Shown here: in pieces, positions 19,769 through 29,503 of the stretch
Position numbering within the stretch: position 1 is the first letter of the stretch
How the letters are laid out: each line of letters starts with the position of its first letter
IMG/VR virus record: IMGVR_UViG_3300002835_000017
Reading direction: 5' to 3' (one strand)
DNA length: 64,000 bases
Origin: a virus
The notes under the pieces: model-generated
Databases searched by the model: none
The model's input: the letters and a program-made list of their open reading frames with translations, nothing else
Told to the model about the DNA's origin: nothing
Translations under genes and position numbers: made by a program

Positions 19769-21565
19769 TTATGATAGTTTTATATATCCGTAATTAATTG
19801 TTTGGGTTGTCCCACTATTATTTGTGATACCAAACTTAAATACATTTGAAGTATTTGGTGCGTATGATGTTGGAGAGGATATGAGAGTATTAGTTGTACC
19901 TATAATTTGGTCAGGCATTGCAGTTAAAACTAATGCATTACCTGCTGTGTAATACCAACCATATTGAGAACCAACTACCGGAACATTGGTATTTGATGTT
20001 GTTACAGTTGCGTTCCAAGTTATAATACCATTTGGAATATTACCATTTACCCACATTGTATATGAAGCACCAGCTTCAACTGTAAAACTTTGTGTAGATG
20101 CTCCTGCTGGTACCGACCAAGCTCCCGTTGTTTTTGATGGGAATGCAGTTGTCAATTGAGTTGAACCACTTATTACACCATTGGTTGCTGCTATTGAACC
20201 CGTTATAGATGTTGCGTTTAATGAACCTGTAATTTCTACTAATCCATTATTTTGAACATATAGATTACTACCACTTTGTAAGAATAGTGATGAACTATTG
20301 TTCGTAATTGCAGATGCAATTATTTGTCCTGATGTAACAACCATTGAACCACTAAATATTTGTGACCCACTAAATGTGTTTGAACCAGTAGTTACCAATC
20401 CATTAAATCTACTATTAAATGATGATGATATTGAAGAAAATGAACTACTTAAAGTATATCTTGCATCGTATGATGATGTCAATTGTGAAGAACCACTTAT
20501 TGTACCAGATGGGACTGCACTAACACTACCACTCAATGTATATCTTGTATCAAACGAAGATGTCAATTGTGATGAACCACTAATTACACCATTTGTTGCG
20601 TTGATTGTACCATTGATTGAATCAGTTACATTTAATGAAGAACTAACAAATACACCATTAACACCGGTAATTGTTATTGTTTGTGCACTATCATCTATTT
20701 TTAAGTAATTGGTATCGTCACCAAAGTAGTTGAAATCTGTATTACCTTTAAAGTGAATATCATTACCCGAAGGTGCTGCAGTATTATAAATTTGAAAATA
20801 TCTTGCATCATTAACATCAGGTTGTAAAAATATATTTCCAATACCTTTAATTTCATTAGTTACGATTAAAGAAGAACTTATTATTTGTTCACCTATAAAA
20901 GTATTTGAACCAGTTGTTGCAAATGAACCCGTTGGTATATTTGGAACACTACCACTCAATGTATATCTTGTATCGTATGATGATGTTAATTGAGATGAAG
21001 AACTTATTGCTCCACTTAATGATGTCAAAAATGAACCCGTTTCACTTTCAGTAATCCAACTACCACTTACACTTTCAATTGTGTTTAATCTATCCACTAA
21101 TGATGATGTAGATTGCGATGAGGTATATTCATTAAACGAAGATGTTTGTAATCTTGCAGTAATTCCGTTTGTGAATGCAGTATTTAATGATGATTGCGAA
21201 GATGTGAATGAATTTAAAGAAGTTATATCAATTGAACTACTAACAAATCCAAATAATGTAATTTGTGCAGATGAAGATATAGTTCCAGCTGGTATAGATG
21301 TAGAAGAACTAATAAATCCTAATGTAGTTATTTGTGCAGATGAACTTATTACACTTCTACCTTTGATTTCAAACGAAGATGTCACCGATTCCAAAGATGC
21401 TAATCTGTCTCTATCTAATATATTAACTCTAGAAGTAACTGCATCTGCGAGGGTATCCAACTCTATTTTATAAGTTATACCACCATCTACACCAACTATT
21501 GTTGTATTTAATGATGCACTTTCTAATGCCGTTAATTCTAATATCCTTTTTCTTACGTTTGCCAT
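19769..21565 (-). CDS. Ser/Thr-rich fibre-like virion protein
   Basis: KRILEL N-terminus; repeats ISSSAQIT.LGF and SSQLTSSYDTRYTLSGS; FATTGSNTF motif. Confidence 0.7.
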   Translation of the reverse strand: MANVRKRILELTALESASLNTTIVGVDGGITYKIELDTLADAVTSRVNILDRDRLASLESVTSSFEIKGRSVISSSAQITTLGFISSSTSIPAGTISSSAQITLFGFVSSSIDITSLNSFTSSQSSLNTAFTNGITARLQTSSFNEYTSSQSTSSLVDRLNTIESVSGSWITESETGSFLTSLSGAISSSSQLTSSYDTRYTLSGSVPNIPTGSFATTGSNTFIGEQIISSSLIVTNEIKGIGNIFLQPDVNDARYFQIYNTAAPSGNDIHFKGNTDFNYFGDDTNYLKIDDSAQTITITGVNGVFVSSSLNVTDSINGTINATNGVISGSSQLTSSFDTRYTLSGSVSAVPSGTISGSSQLTSSYDARYTLSSSFSSISSSFNSRFNGLVTTGSNTFSGSQIFSGSMVVTSGQIIASAITNNSSSLFLQSGSNLYVQNNGLVEITGSLNATSITGSIAATNGVISGSTQLTTAFPSKTTGAWSVPAGASTQSFTVEAGASYTMWVNGNIPNGIITWNATVTTSNTNVPVVGSQYGWYYTAGNALVLTAMPDQIIGTTNTLISSPTSYAPNTSNVFKFGITNNSGTTQTINYGYIKLS

Positions 21566-21568
21566 TTA

Positions 21569-22123
21569 TTATATTATTATGTCTAAACCATCTTCGGTTG
21601 TTATGATAAAACCATCTTCAGTTGCAATTGGAATATCTACCAATTTACCTATAACATATATATCATTTACTGTTATGGAATCATAATCTATATAATTATC
21701 TAATAATGTAATTACTACATTATTTCCAACTTCCTTAATAGTGTAATGTCCTGGTAAATGCAATCCATAAACTAATATTTCAAAATTTTCAGGAGATGCT
21801 CCTTCAGTTCCATAATCCAATGCTACGTTATAAATCGTAAGAGTTCCAAATCCAGTATTATCAAAAGCATCAATTATTCTAGATACCGTTCTTCCACTAA
21901 ATTGTAAAATTTCATTATGAAATTCTGATATTTTATTTTTATTATTTACTAATTTAGTTGGATTTGGATTTGATTTAGAATTTGAATTAAATTTATTTGT
22001 AGTTGGTGTTTCTATATTCAATAAACTACCTGTGATGTATAAATCATCATTTAAATTATTAGGATTTATTTTTGGTATAATCCTATTTAATTTTTTCGCA
22101 TTTGAATTAAATCTATTAAGCAT
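21569..22123 (-). CDS. Hypothetical virion protein with C-terminal TEDG repeats
   Basis: Coupled to neighbours; ends IATEDGFIITTEDGLDIII; Ig-like C-domain similar to adjacent genes. Confidence 0.55.
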   Translation of the reverse strand: MLNRFNSNAKKLNRIIPKINPNNLNDDLYITGSLLNIETPTTNKFNSNSKSNPNPTKLVNNKNKISEFHNEILQFSGRTVSRIIDAFDNTGFGTLTIYNVALDYGTEGASPENFEILVYGLHLPGHYTIKEVGNNVVITLLDNYIDYDSITVNDIYVIGKLVDIPIATEDGFIITTEDGLDIII

Positions 22124-22445
22124 ATCGTTCTATATCACCTGTTATTTCAATATAATCAGTAGTATCCAAACCAAATTCAAAATTATTTTTTATAAATTTG
22201 ATTAACAATCCTTCACTTCCTTCCTCTATTATATAATCTTCTGCCGATATATGTTGAGTGTTAATTATTACTCTCAATCTATCTTGCGTTGTTCTATATT
22301 CTATTTCTCTTAATAATTCAACAAACCTCCAACCGTTTGCTTCCCATATCGAATATGTAGGGTGATTTAAATCCTTTGGAGTTAATTCGGTATCAGCTGG
22401 TTTTCTACTAATTTTTTGAGTTATATCTAAAAGACTTCTCTTCAT
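22116..22445 (-). CDS. Hypothetical neck-associated protein
   Basis: Overlaps both neighbours; C-terminus (FGLDTTDYIEITGDI) parallels 22445..23560 (FAVDSGDEISITGKF). Confidence 0.55.
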   Translation of the reverse strand: MKRSLLDITQKISRKPADTELTPKDLNHPTYSIWEANGWRFVELLREIEYRTTQDRLRVIINTQHISAEDYIIEEGSEGLLIKFIKNNFEFGLDTTDYIEITGDIERYA

Positions 22446-23560
22446 TACACATTTATAAATTTACCTGTTATGGAAATTTCATCTCCACTATCAACTGCAA
22501 ATCCTAAATTTGCTTGAATAAAATTAATAGTTAAAGATGATGATGTTATACTTATAGAAAAGTGTGTATTATGGTAATATCGTGTACCATTTATATAAAC
22601 TTTAATATCGTATGTATTATCACCAACCACTATACCACCAGTAACTACTGATATTAAAGTAGGTGGAGTTTTTATTAATTTTATCCCACCGAATGTAATG
22701 GTATTAGATACTATTGGATTTTGTATTTTACTGTTATTTAAAGAAAGAAAATCAATCAAATCTTTATTATCATAATATGGTGATGGTGTAGTTAATATAC
22801 CTTCTAACCTACCAGTTCCACTTGTTACATCCGTTTCAGTTGATACCACAACTCTTTGCGTAGAAAATGATTTTTTAGTGGTATCTTCTCCGTCAAATTT
22901 TTCAGGAAGTAAATGAGCTTTAACTGATAAACTAAATTCAATTCTATTAACTCTTTCAGTGCCATCCCCAACTTCGTTTATTACATTAAAATCTCCTAAA
23001 CTTGTTCTAAATTGAAATCCATTTTTATCACCCCAATATGTACCAGTATATTGTAATTGTTCTATCACCGAATTTAAATGTTCTATGTAAGAAGTCCAAA
23101 CCATGCAATCATAGTTTAATTCTACATATTCTGGCATTTGAATTTTATATATTTCGTATTTTGGTTTATAATTATTTCCCAATAGTGTAAACCTATCATA
23201 TCTATTATCTTTAGAATATTTTGTAATACCTTGATAAGTTACATGCCGATTTTGCATTGGCATAGTATCATCTTTAGCAATAGATGTTCTACGAATCATC
23301 ATAATTGGTAATTGAAGCTTACCATTTGCATCTCTGTAAACTCCCTGTCTTCTTGCTCCATTCCATCGTTCGGAGTTTCCATATATGACAGGTATTTTTA
23401 AAGCCTTACCATTATCATCTAATGTAGGTAATGCCGTATCTTCCAAATAAGACATCATAGCATAATCAATATCAAATAAAGATACCGATTGTCTTAATTC
23501 TCCTTTTTCCTTTTTAGTTTGAAGAATTCTCTCCTGTTTTCTTAATGGATTTGTAGACAT
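22445..23560 (-). CDS. Tail completion / sheath stabiliser (T4 gp15-like) with C-terminal extension
   Basis: KIPVIYGNSERW, LPIMMIRR, PEYVELNYDCMVW; third gene of the neck block. Confidence 0.7.
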   Translation of the reverse strand: MSTNPLRKQERILQTKKEKGELRQSVSLFDIDYAMMSYLEDTALPTLDDNGKALKIPVIYGNSERWNGARRQGVYRDANGKLQLPIMMIRRTSIAKDDTMPMQNRHVTYQGITKYSKDNRYDRFTLLGNNYKPKYEIYKIQMPEYVELNYDCMVWTSYIEHLNSVIEQLQYTGTYWGDKNGFQFRTSLGDFNVINEVGDGTERVNRIEFSLSVKAHLLPEKFDGEDTTKKSFSTQRVVVSTETDVTSGTGRLEGILTTPSPYYDNKDLIDFLSLNNSKIQNPIVSNTITFGGIKLIKTPPTLISVVTGGIVVGDNTYDIKVYINGTRYYHNTHFSISITSSSLTINFIQANLGFAVDSGDEISITGKFINV

Positions 23561-23564
23561 ATTT

Positions 23565-24020
23565 TTATGTTATTCTCTTTTCAATATTAAGATTAGATTT
23601 ACTTACTAAAAATGCAAAACATACTATACTATAAGTATTAGCAGGTAAACCACCAATAAATTGCACTTCATTTACATTACCAATTTCATAATATTGATTA
23701 TCAAAATAAACAACATCACCTATTTCAGGATGTATATTTCGTTCTTCTAATAATCCTCTATCAAATTTAAATGTTATATCTTGAAGTGTATCAGACCCAA
23801 ATCCTTCATATTGAGTTGATTGTGCTTCTTTATCAATTAATGCGTATAGTTCTACACCAGTGTGCCAGGTTTTATTTAATGCTTCACCATAGATATTTAT
23901 CTTCGTTTCATTTAAATTTATTTTATATAAAACGACAGTATTTTCTATAACAGTATCAACCAATTCTCTGGCTATACTTTTGAAAAAATCAATATCTCTA
24001 CCTAATAAAAACTTTGGCAT
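23565..24020 (-). CDS. Head closure / neck protein (gp14-like)
   Basis: NIYGEA, EGFG, HPEIGDVVYFDNQYYEI. Confidence 0.7.
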   Translation of the reverse strand: MPKFLLGRDIDFFKSIARELVDTVIENTVVLYKINLNETKINIYGEALNKTWHTGVELYALIDKEAQSTQYEGFGSDTLQDITFKFDRGLLEERNIHPEIGDVVYFDNQYYEIGNVNEVQFIGGLPANTYSIVCFAFLVSKSNLNIEKRIT

Positions 24021-24021
24021 A

Positions 24022-25230
24022 TTATCCTACATATATTTTAAGTGGAACTTTTCTCAACATTTCTTGCTGATGTGTTGATTCATGTGCTTTATTTTCCATC
24101 ACATTTTTCCTACTCAATTCTTCCAAATTTTCTCTTAATTGGGTTATCAACATATCCTTCTCCACTTGTGCTTCAGCTCTCAATGCTGCTCCATCCAGTG
24201 ATACTTCACCATCAGGTATCGGAACATTTGAGTATTTCTCTCTAATTGCTCCTAATAATTCTTTTGAAAGTGCTAATGTATATTTTCTAATCCATTGTTT
24301 ACCAACATCGTTTATATTTGAGTATTGAATAAAATCATACGGAATATCTGAATAATCCGAAAGTGAATCTGCTTGAACAGTTTGAGAATCATGTTCAAAT
24401 TCATCTCTACTTATGTATTCAAAATAAACTCTACTAACAGTTCCATCGGTAGGTACAGGAAATATTTCTAATTTATTATCTACTATATTAAATGTGTGAG
24501 CCGATTTACGAATATGGTCATTTAATTCAATTTGTTGCATTCTTAACACATCTTCGTAAATAGGCATCATTAAGAATTGTGCAGCAGGTGAAAAGTTTCC
24601 AAATCCTAATTCACTTATTAAATTTAAAGTACCTTGTGCTCCTACCGAATACGGGTCAAAGAATCGTGCAATAGCAGGAGTTGCTTCGTGATACACTCTA
24701 GTTACATCCACCGTTGAACTTCCTGTAAATAGTGTAGAAAACGATGCAGATGTTTCCACATCAACAGATGAACTCATTATGTTGTATTTCTGTTGTCCAG
24801 CAGTTAAATTGATATATGCTTTTTTAATTGAAGTTGAACCACCTACTCCTGCTAATGTACCATATTGTTGGGACATACGAACTGTTGTTGGTAAATATGA
24901 ACCGTCTACAAGTGTTTGTGAATAATTTGAAACCTTACCTTTTGGCTGTCCTTTTAGAATATCAAGATTATTACGAAGATTGAATTGATTTATTTGTGCA
25001 GAATATTCCGAAACGGATTCTTCAAAACAGGCCCATATTTGTTGGTTATCTAATTCAATATTTACAATAGGATACCCCAATCTCTTTGCAACCCAAACTG
25101 CCGTTTTTGGTGCATCGGTTCTAAATTCTGCATCTGAATCATATAATCCAAACGGAGTTGCTTCCGCAGATGCAGATGCCGATAAAAATGCGGATGCCGT
25201 TGAGCCAGACCAATATGTGTTTATAGACAT
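24022..25230 (-). CDS. Neck / head-tail adaptor (gp13-like)
   Basis: KRLGYPIVNIELDNQQI, WIRKYTLALSKELLG, VSLDGAAL, C-terminal PLKIYVG. Confidence 0.8.
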   Translation of the reverse strand: MSINTYWSGSTASAFLSASASAEATPFGLYDSDAEFRTDAPKTAVWVAKRLGYPIVNIELDNQQIWACFEESVSEYSAQINQFNLRNNLDILKGQPKGKVSNYSQTLVDGSYLPTTVRMSQQYGTLAGVGGSTSIKKAYINLTAGQQKYNIMSSSVDVETSASFSTLFTGSSTVDVTRVYHEATPAIARFFDPYSVGAQGTLNLISELGFGNFSPAAQFLMMPIYEDVLRMQQIELNDHIRKSAHTFNIVDNKLEIFPVPTDGTVSRVYFEYISRDEFEHDSQTVQADSLSDYSDIPYDFIQYSNINDVGKQWIRKYTLALSKELLGAIREKYSNVPIPDGEVSLDGAALRAEAQVEKDMLITQLRENLEELSRKNVMENKAHESTHQQEMLRKVPLKIYVG

Positions 25231-25270
25231 TTCTTAAAATTTATAGGTTTACTACTATAAATATAAGAAT

Positions 25271-25304
25271 AAAAAAAGAGATAACATTTCTATCATCTCT
25301 TTTT
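25271..25304 (-). terminator. Rho-independent terminator
   Basis: Minus strand AAAAAGAGATGATAGAAATGTTATCTCTTTTTTT. Confidence 0.6.
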
Positions 25305-25324
25305 CATTTTTAATAAAATTAAAA

Positions 25325-25660
25325 CTATGTTAATCTAACTTTAACCGTACCTGTAGTGTGATACAATCCACCAACTGGAACGCCAGCCGATGCTGCAGCA
25401 CCATCATTTGCAAAACTACCAGTAACATATCCAAATGAAGTATTTGCCATTTTAGTTGCAATACTACCACTCAATGAGGTAACAGAGGCATCGGTTGCCA
25501 GCCCATCACCATCCAATGTTACTTGTAAATCGGATACTAATATATATCCTAATTTACCATCTGCTTGTCTAGCTAAAATTTTGTCCGTACTTTCTACCGT
25601 ATATGTTGGTAAATCTTTTGCAGTTTCCGTTATTGAATATCTTTCTTCTGGGTATGCCAT
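25325..25660 (-). CDS. Small capsid-decoration/head-fibre-like protein
   Basis: Start MAYPEE (25660) lies after a terminator and promoter motif; C-terminal FANDGAAASAGVPVGGLYHTTGTVKVRL; follows MCP. Confidence 0.55.
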   Translation of the reverse strand: MAYPEERYSITETAKDLPTYTVESTDKILARQADGKLGYILVSDLQVTLDGDGLATDASVTSLSGSIATKMANTSFGYVTGSFANDGAAASAGVPVGGLYHTTGTVKVRLT

Positions 25661-25704
25661 TTGTTTATGTTTTTTAGTTATTAAATGATTACTCATATAA
25701 ATAT

Positions 25705-25736
25705 AAAAAAAAAGAGGGAACATCACTGCTCCCTCT
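25705..25736 (-). terminator. Rho-independent terminator after the major capsid gene
   Basis: Minus strand AGAGGGAGCAGTGATGTTCCCTCTTTTTTTTT. Confidence 0.85.
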
Positions 25737-25760
25737 AATTTAATTTAAAAACTCTAAATA

Positions 25761-27377
25761 TTAAAGAGTATCTAAACCGTCAACTAAAACTTTACCATAG
25801 AATTCTGGTCTTACAATCTTTTTAGCGTAACGAGTCATAACACCTCTACGTGGAGTAAAGTTGGTTGGGTCGTACACTAAAGGAGTCATAATCAATGGTA
25901 CATAAGGTGCGTAAACTGCTCCAGTCTCGAAGAAGTTAGAACCTTTGAAACCTAACAAGATTACGTTTTCAGTCATGTAAGGGTTTTTGTAAACATCGTA
26001 TCTGTTAGAGATTTGTCCGATGTTAGTTACACCTGCTGCGAAAGTTAACGCATCTTTACCTGGGTTAGCAGAGAATCCGTTCATAGATTCCAAAATTGTA
26101 GCTACGTTTGGAGAAACAACAACGAAGTTTGCTCCACCTCTCATAGTCAATTGGTGAATCTTGTTAGATACTTTTTGTAATTTGATACCCAAAGTTTGGA
26201 ACCAAGTGTTCTTCTGGTATGCTGAAGCTGCTGCCGCAGAAGAATCAATAGCGAATCCTGCACCATTCCACTCATATCCAACTTTTGCTGACCAATATTC
26301 AGTTGTGAATGCGTTCTGCTGCAACATCTCAAGGATTTCCAAATCAATCTCTAAAGAGATGTATTCAGATAACATTTGAGTTAATTCAGCTTCTGCATCT
26401 ACAGAGTGATATGCGTTCAAATCTTGCGCCAATTCAGGAGTCCAAATTGCTTTCAACTTACGTGTTTTAGCAACGATAGGCTCTGATTTCAATTCCAATT
26501 CAATTTCTGGAATTGCCAAATCTGTTCCTCTATCTTCGAAATCTCCACGAGAGATATCAGTAGGTTGTTTGTGGTATGCCAACGATACACCAACAGTAGC
26601 CAAGTTTGATAAACCAGTTACAGTTGCAACGAATTCAACATTTGAACCGTTTTTAGTAGTGTATTGAGGGAAAATTCCATTTACTGCTGAACCAGTTAAG
26701 AATGTTGGTTCGAACGCTCTAACACCATTGAAATCTGCGTCAGATGGTAATGGAACTATGATTTTCTTCAATGTGTTACCTGCAAATGATGCAGAAACTG
26801 AACCCGAAGTTAAATCAAAATCGATATCAGCTAAAGATGCTGAAGCGAATGTTGAAGTGATTTCTGCAGTAGCATTGTTGATTGTGTATCCAAAACGTCC
26901 TGCGCCATACAAACCACCTTCAGCTGCTTGAGTTGAACCTAATTTGTTACCAGCTGGGGATAATGAATCTTTACCAAAAGTACCACCATTACCGAATAAT
27001 GAAGAACCAGTAAAGTTTGGATTACCTGCTGGGTTAGTACCATATTTGAAATCCATGTAGAAGATAAGACCTGAAGGTAAGTTCATTGGTTGAACTGAAA
27101 CGAATTCTTTCGCTGCAATAGAACCGAAGATTCTTCTTACCAAAGGTAGAGCAACACCAGCCCACTCTTCAGAACCTGAAGAAGTACCAGTACGAGTTGC
27201 CTCATCCAATAATTGCTTTGCTTGGTTTTCTAACATTACTGCCATACCATGCTTTGTAGTTTCAGAACCTACTCCTTCAAGTAGTCCTGTTCTTTCCCAT
27301 TTGCCTTTCAAACCTCTGGTTTGCTCAAGCATCACGCTCTGTGGGTTCGCGCCGCTCATTAATTTTTTAATGTTCAT
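25761..27377 (-). CDS. g23: Major capsid protein (T4 gp23-like)
   Basis: LPLVRR, VSVQPMNLPSGLIF, AKTRKLKAIWTPELAQDLNAYHSVDAEAEL, YAPYVPL, FTPRRGVMTRYA. Confidence 0.97.
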   Translation of the reverse strand: MNIKKLMSGANPQSVMLEQTRGLKGKWERTGLLEGVGSETTKHGMAVMLENQAKQLLDEATRTGTSSGSEEWAGVALPLVRRIFGSIAAKEFVSVQPMNLPSGLIFYMDFKYGTNPAGNPNFTGSSLFGNGGTFGKDSLSPAGNKLGSTQAAEGGLYGAGRFGYTINNATAEITSTFASASLADIDFDLTSGSVSASFAGNTLKKIIVPLPSDADFNGVRAFEPTFLTGSAVNGIFPQYTTKNGSNVEFVATVTGLSNLATVGVSLAYHKQPTDISRGDFEDRGTDLAIPEIELELKSEPIVAKTRKLKAIWTPELAQDLNAYHSVDAEAELTQMLSEYISLEIDLEILEMLQQNAFTTEYWSAKVGYEWNGAGFAIDSSAAAASAYQKNTWFQTLGIKLQKVSNKIHQLTMRGGANFVVVSPNVATILESMNGFSANPGKDALTFAAGVTNIGQISNRYDVYKNPYMTENVILLGFKGSNFFETGAVYAPYVPLIMTPLVYDPTNFTPRRGVMTRYAKKIVRPEFYGKVLVDGLDTL

Positions 27378-27405
27378 TTTGAATGAATTTGTTTGTGTTA
27401 TTTAA

Positions 27406-28758
27406 TTATTTAATAATACCTGCTAATTTCTTAAATCTGTTAGCAAAATTAACCGATTCATTAATTACCGCTTTAGCTTGTGCAGGTTTTGTAGATTTAA
27501 CTGCTTTACTAGCGATACCTTCTGAAATGGCTCTTTTAGTTAATTTGTTAGAAGATGTTGTATATTTGAAATTCTCTGCTAATGTAGAGAACACCAATTT
27601 AACCTCTCTAACTGATTTTGTTCTATCCAAAGTTTCAATCACTTTCACTTTTTGTTCGTTAGTCATGTTGTGTGCTCTGAATAATTTGTTTGCAAATAAA
27701 AGCTTCGCATTTAAAAGATTAACTTCGTTAATAGTTTTTTGAAGAGATTTGATAGTTTTGTAAGCTTCGTTTAAGTCTGCTTTCAATTCTTCTTTATCTT
27801 CTTCTTCATCAACTTTCTCTTTGTCACCTGCCATGTCCGCTTCCATTTCACGAAGAATTTCATCCAAATCTAGTGTATCATCTTCTTCTTCAGCTTCGTT
27901 TGTTACAACAACTTTAGGAGTTTCTCCTTTGTCAGTACCTGCTTCAGAACCATCTGCTAAATTTTCTTTCAATCTTCTACGTGATTCTCTTAATCTTTTA
28001 GATTCAGTTTTTGGTTCTTCTTCTTCACTACCTTCTAATTCAGCTAATTGTCTTCTTAATTCTGCAATTTGTGCTGCGTTAGGGTCTTCTTCTTCATGCT
28101 CTTCTTCGTTTGTTTCTTCTTCGTCACCTAATTGTGATTCCAATTCTCTGATAATAGATTCTAAATCCATAGCATCTTCTGAATCTTCTTCTGAATCCAT
28201 ACCATACTCACCTTCCATTGGGTCTTCTTCTGAATCCATACCATACTCACCTTCCATTGGGTCTTCTTCTGAATCCATACCGTATTCAGCTTCCATTGGG
28301 GCTTCTTCTTCTTCACCTTCTAATTCTGCTAATCTCGCTTTTAATTCTGCGATTTCTGCTGCGTTAGGGTCTTCTTCTTCACCACCGAAGTCATAATCAT
28401 CTTCTTCGTTGATGTCTGCTACTTTTTTGTAGTCAGTACCAGCTGCTTCTGGCTTACCACTATCTTTCTTTACACCTACCGATAAATCAGTGGTTGCATC
28501 GTAAGATGGGTTTGCGCCAGGGGTTTGAGGGTATCCAGCGTCTGATTTAGAACCGATACCATCTGAACTCAATTCCTCATCCACTTTTTCAGCATCTGTA
28601 TCCTCTGCTTCAGCTTCTGCTCTCATCTTTTGAGATAAGATAGATTGAAGTCTAGGAGTAAATGCCTCTTCAAGTGCAAGTTTTGCGTTTGCTAAAGCGG
28701 TTTCTTTAACGGCTTTGGCATCAGCGATTGCTTCTTTCAATAATTTTGAATTTGCCAT
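27406..28758 (-). CDS. Prohead core / scaffolding protein (gp22-like position)
   Basis: Highly acidic coiled coil directly upstream of MCP; LLKEAIADAK, EVNLLNAKLL, RFKKLAGI; many L/I-x-E sites. Confidence 0.8.
   Translation of the reverse strand: MANSKLLKEAIADAKAVKETALANAKLALEEAFTPRLQSILSQKMRAEAEAEDTDAEKVDEELSSDGIGSKSDAGYPQTPGANPSYDATTDLSVGVKKDSGKPEAAGTDYKKVADINEEDDYDFGGEEEDPNAAEIAELKARLAELEGEEEEAPMEAEYGMDSEEDPMEGEYGMDSEEDPMEGEYGMDSEEDSEDAMDLESIIRELESQLGDEEETNEEEHEEEDPNAAQIAELRRQLAELEGSEEEEPKTESKRLRESRRRLKENLADGSEAGTDKGETPKVVVTNEAEEEDDTLDLDEILREMEADMAGDKEKVDEEEDKEELKADLNEAYKTIKSLQKTINEVNLLNAKLLFANKLFRAHNMTNEQKVKVIETLDRTKSVREVKLVFSTLAENFKYTTSSNKLTKRAISEGIASKAVKSTKPAQAKAVINESVNFANRFKKLAGIIK
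28184..28300. repeat. 39-bp tandem repeat x3 encoding PME(A/G)EYGMDSEED
   Basis: Units start at 28184, 28223 and 28262; the first two are identical. Confidence 0.9.
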
Positions 28759-28930
28759 TTTTTTTATTGTGTGTTGATTGTGAAGTTATTTATAAAAACT
28801 CCAATAGAATTATGTTGATTGTTCGGTCACACCTTATAGAGAAGGGTATTCATTAATCAACTACATTTGAATTAAAAAATCCTATATAAGATAGGATATT
28901 CGAGGATAAATATGTAAATTTTTTAGAAAA

Positions 28931-29119
28931 CTAAAGAAACCCCAAATCTTTTTGATTTTTTCTTATAGATTTTTCTTTTTGTAACCTATTTTTAACGGAT
29001 GGTTTAACAAATGTTTGTCTTTCTCTTAACTCTTCTGTTTGTTTAATATTTTGAATTTTTTTCTTATATTGTTTCAGAGCCGATTCTATATTACCGTTTT
29101 TAATATCAATTATAATCAT
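28931..29119 (-). CDS. rpsU: Phage-encoded ribosomal protein bS21
   Basis: 62 aa, basic; NIESALKQYKKK...ELRERQTFVKPSVKNR matches the bS21 signature. Confidence 0.85.
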   Translation of the reverse strand: MIIIDIKNGNIESALKQYKKKIQNIKQTEELRERQTFVKPSVKNRLQKEKSIRKNQKDLGFL

Positions 29120-29124
29120 AATTA

Positions 29125-29496
29125 TTATTGATGATTTACTAACTTGTATTTTGTTTTATATAATAAAGATACAACAGTATCAATATCATTTTGAATCCAA
29201 CTGTCTTTTAATTTAGGATTCTCTCTTAATCTAGCTATCATATTACATAATGTATCGAAATATTTAATAATATTTTTAATATCATTATTTTTATCCAAAG
29301 TTCCAATTCCTGAAATTTGAATTAATCCTTCTTTTCCCTGATATGTTTCTACCAATCCATCAATTAATCCACCTATTGAATCATAATATTCACCTAATGC
29401 TAAATGTGCAGAATGAGAACCAATTCCTTTAACACCTAAATGAAATGAGTGAGCTTGAGTTCTACTTTGTAATAATAATGATGCTAATTCTTCCAT
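29125..29496 (-). CDS. Ferritin/Dps-like four-helix protein (DUF5856-like)
   Basis: QAHSFHL, SAHLALGEYYD, DGLVETYQGK, YKTKYKL. Confidence 0.6.
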   Translation of the reverse strand: MEELASLLLQSRTQAHSFHLGVKGIGSHSAHLALGEYYDSIGGLIDGLVETYQGKEGLIQISGIGTLDKNNDIKNIIKYFDTLCNMIARLRENPKLKDSWIQNDIDTVVSLLYKTKYKLVNHQ

Positions 29497-29503
29497 ATTT
29501 TAA

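Noticed and set aside
25661-25726. N-terminal extensions in the ORF track (25726; also 1519, 51396, 54500, 59991)
   Set aside because: They run through terminators, promoter motifs or upstream genes; downstream ATGs fit the coupling better
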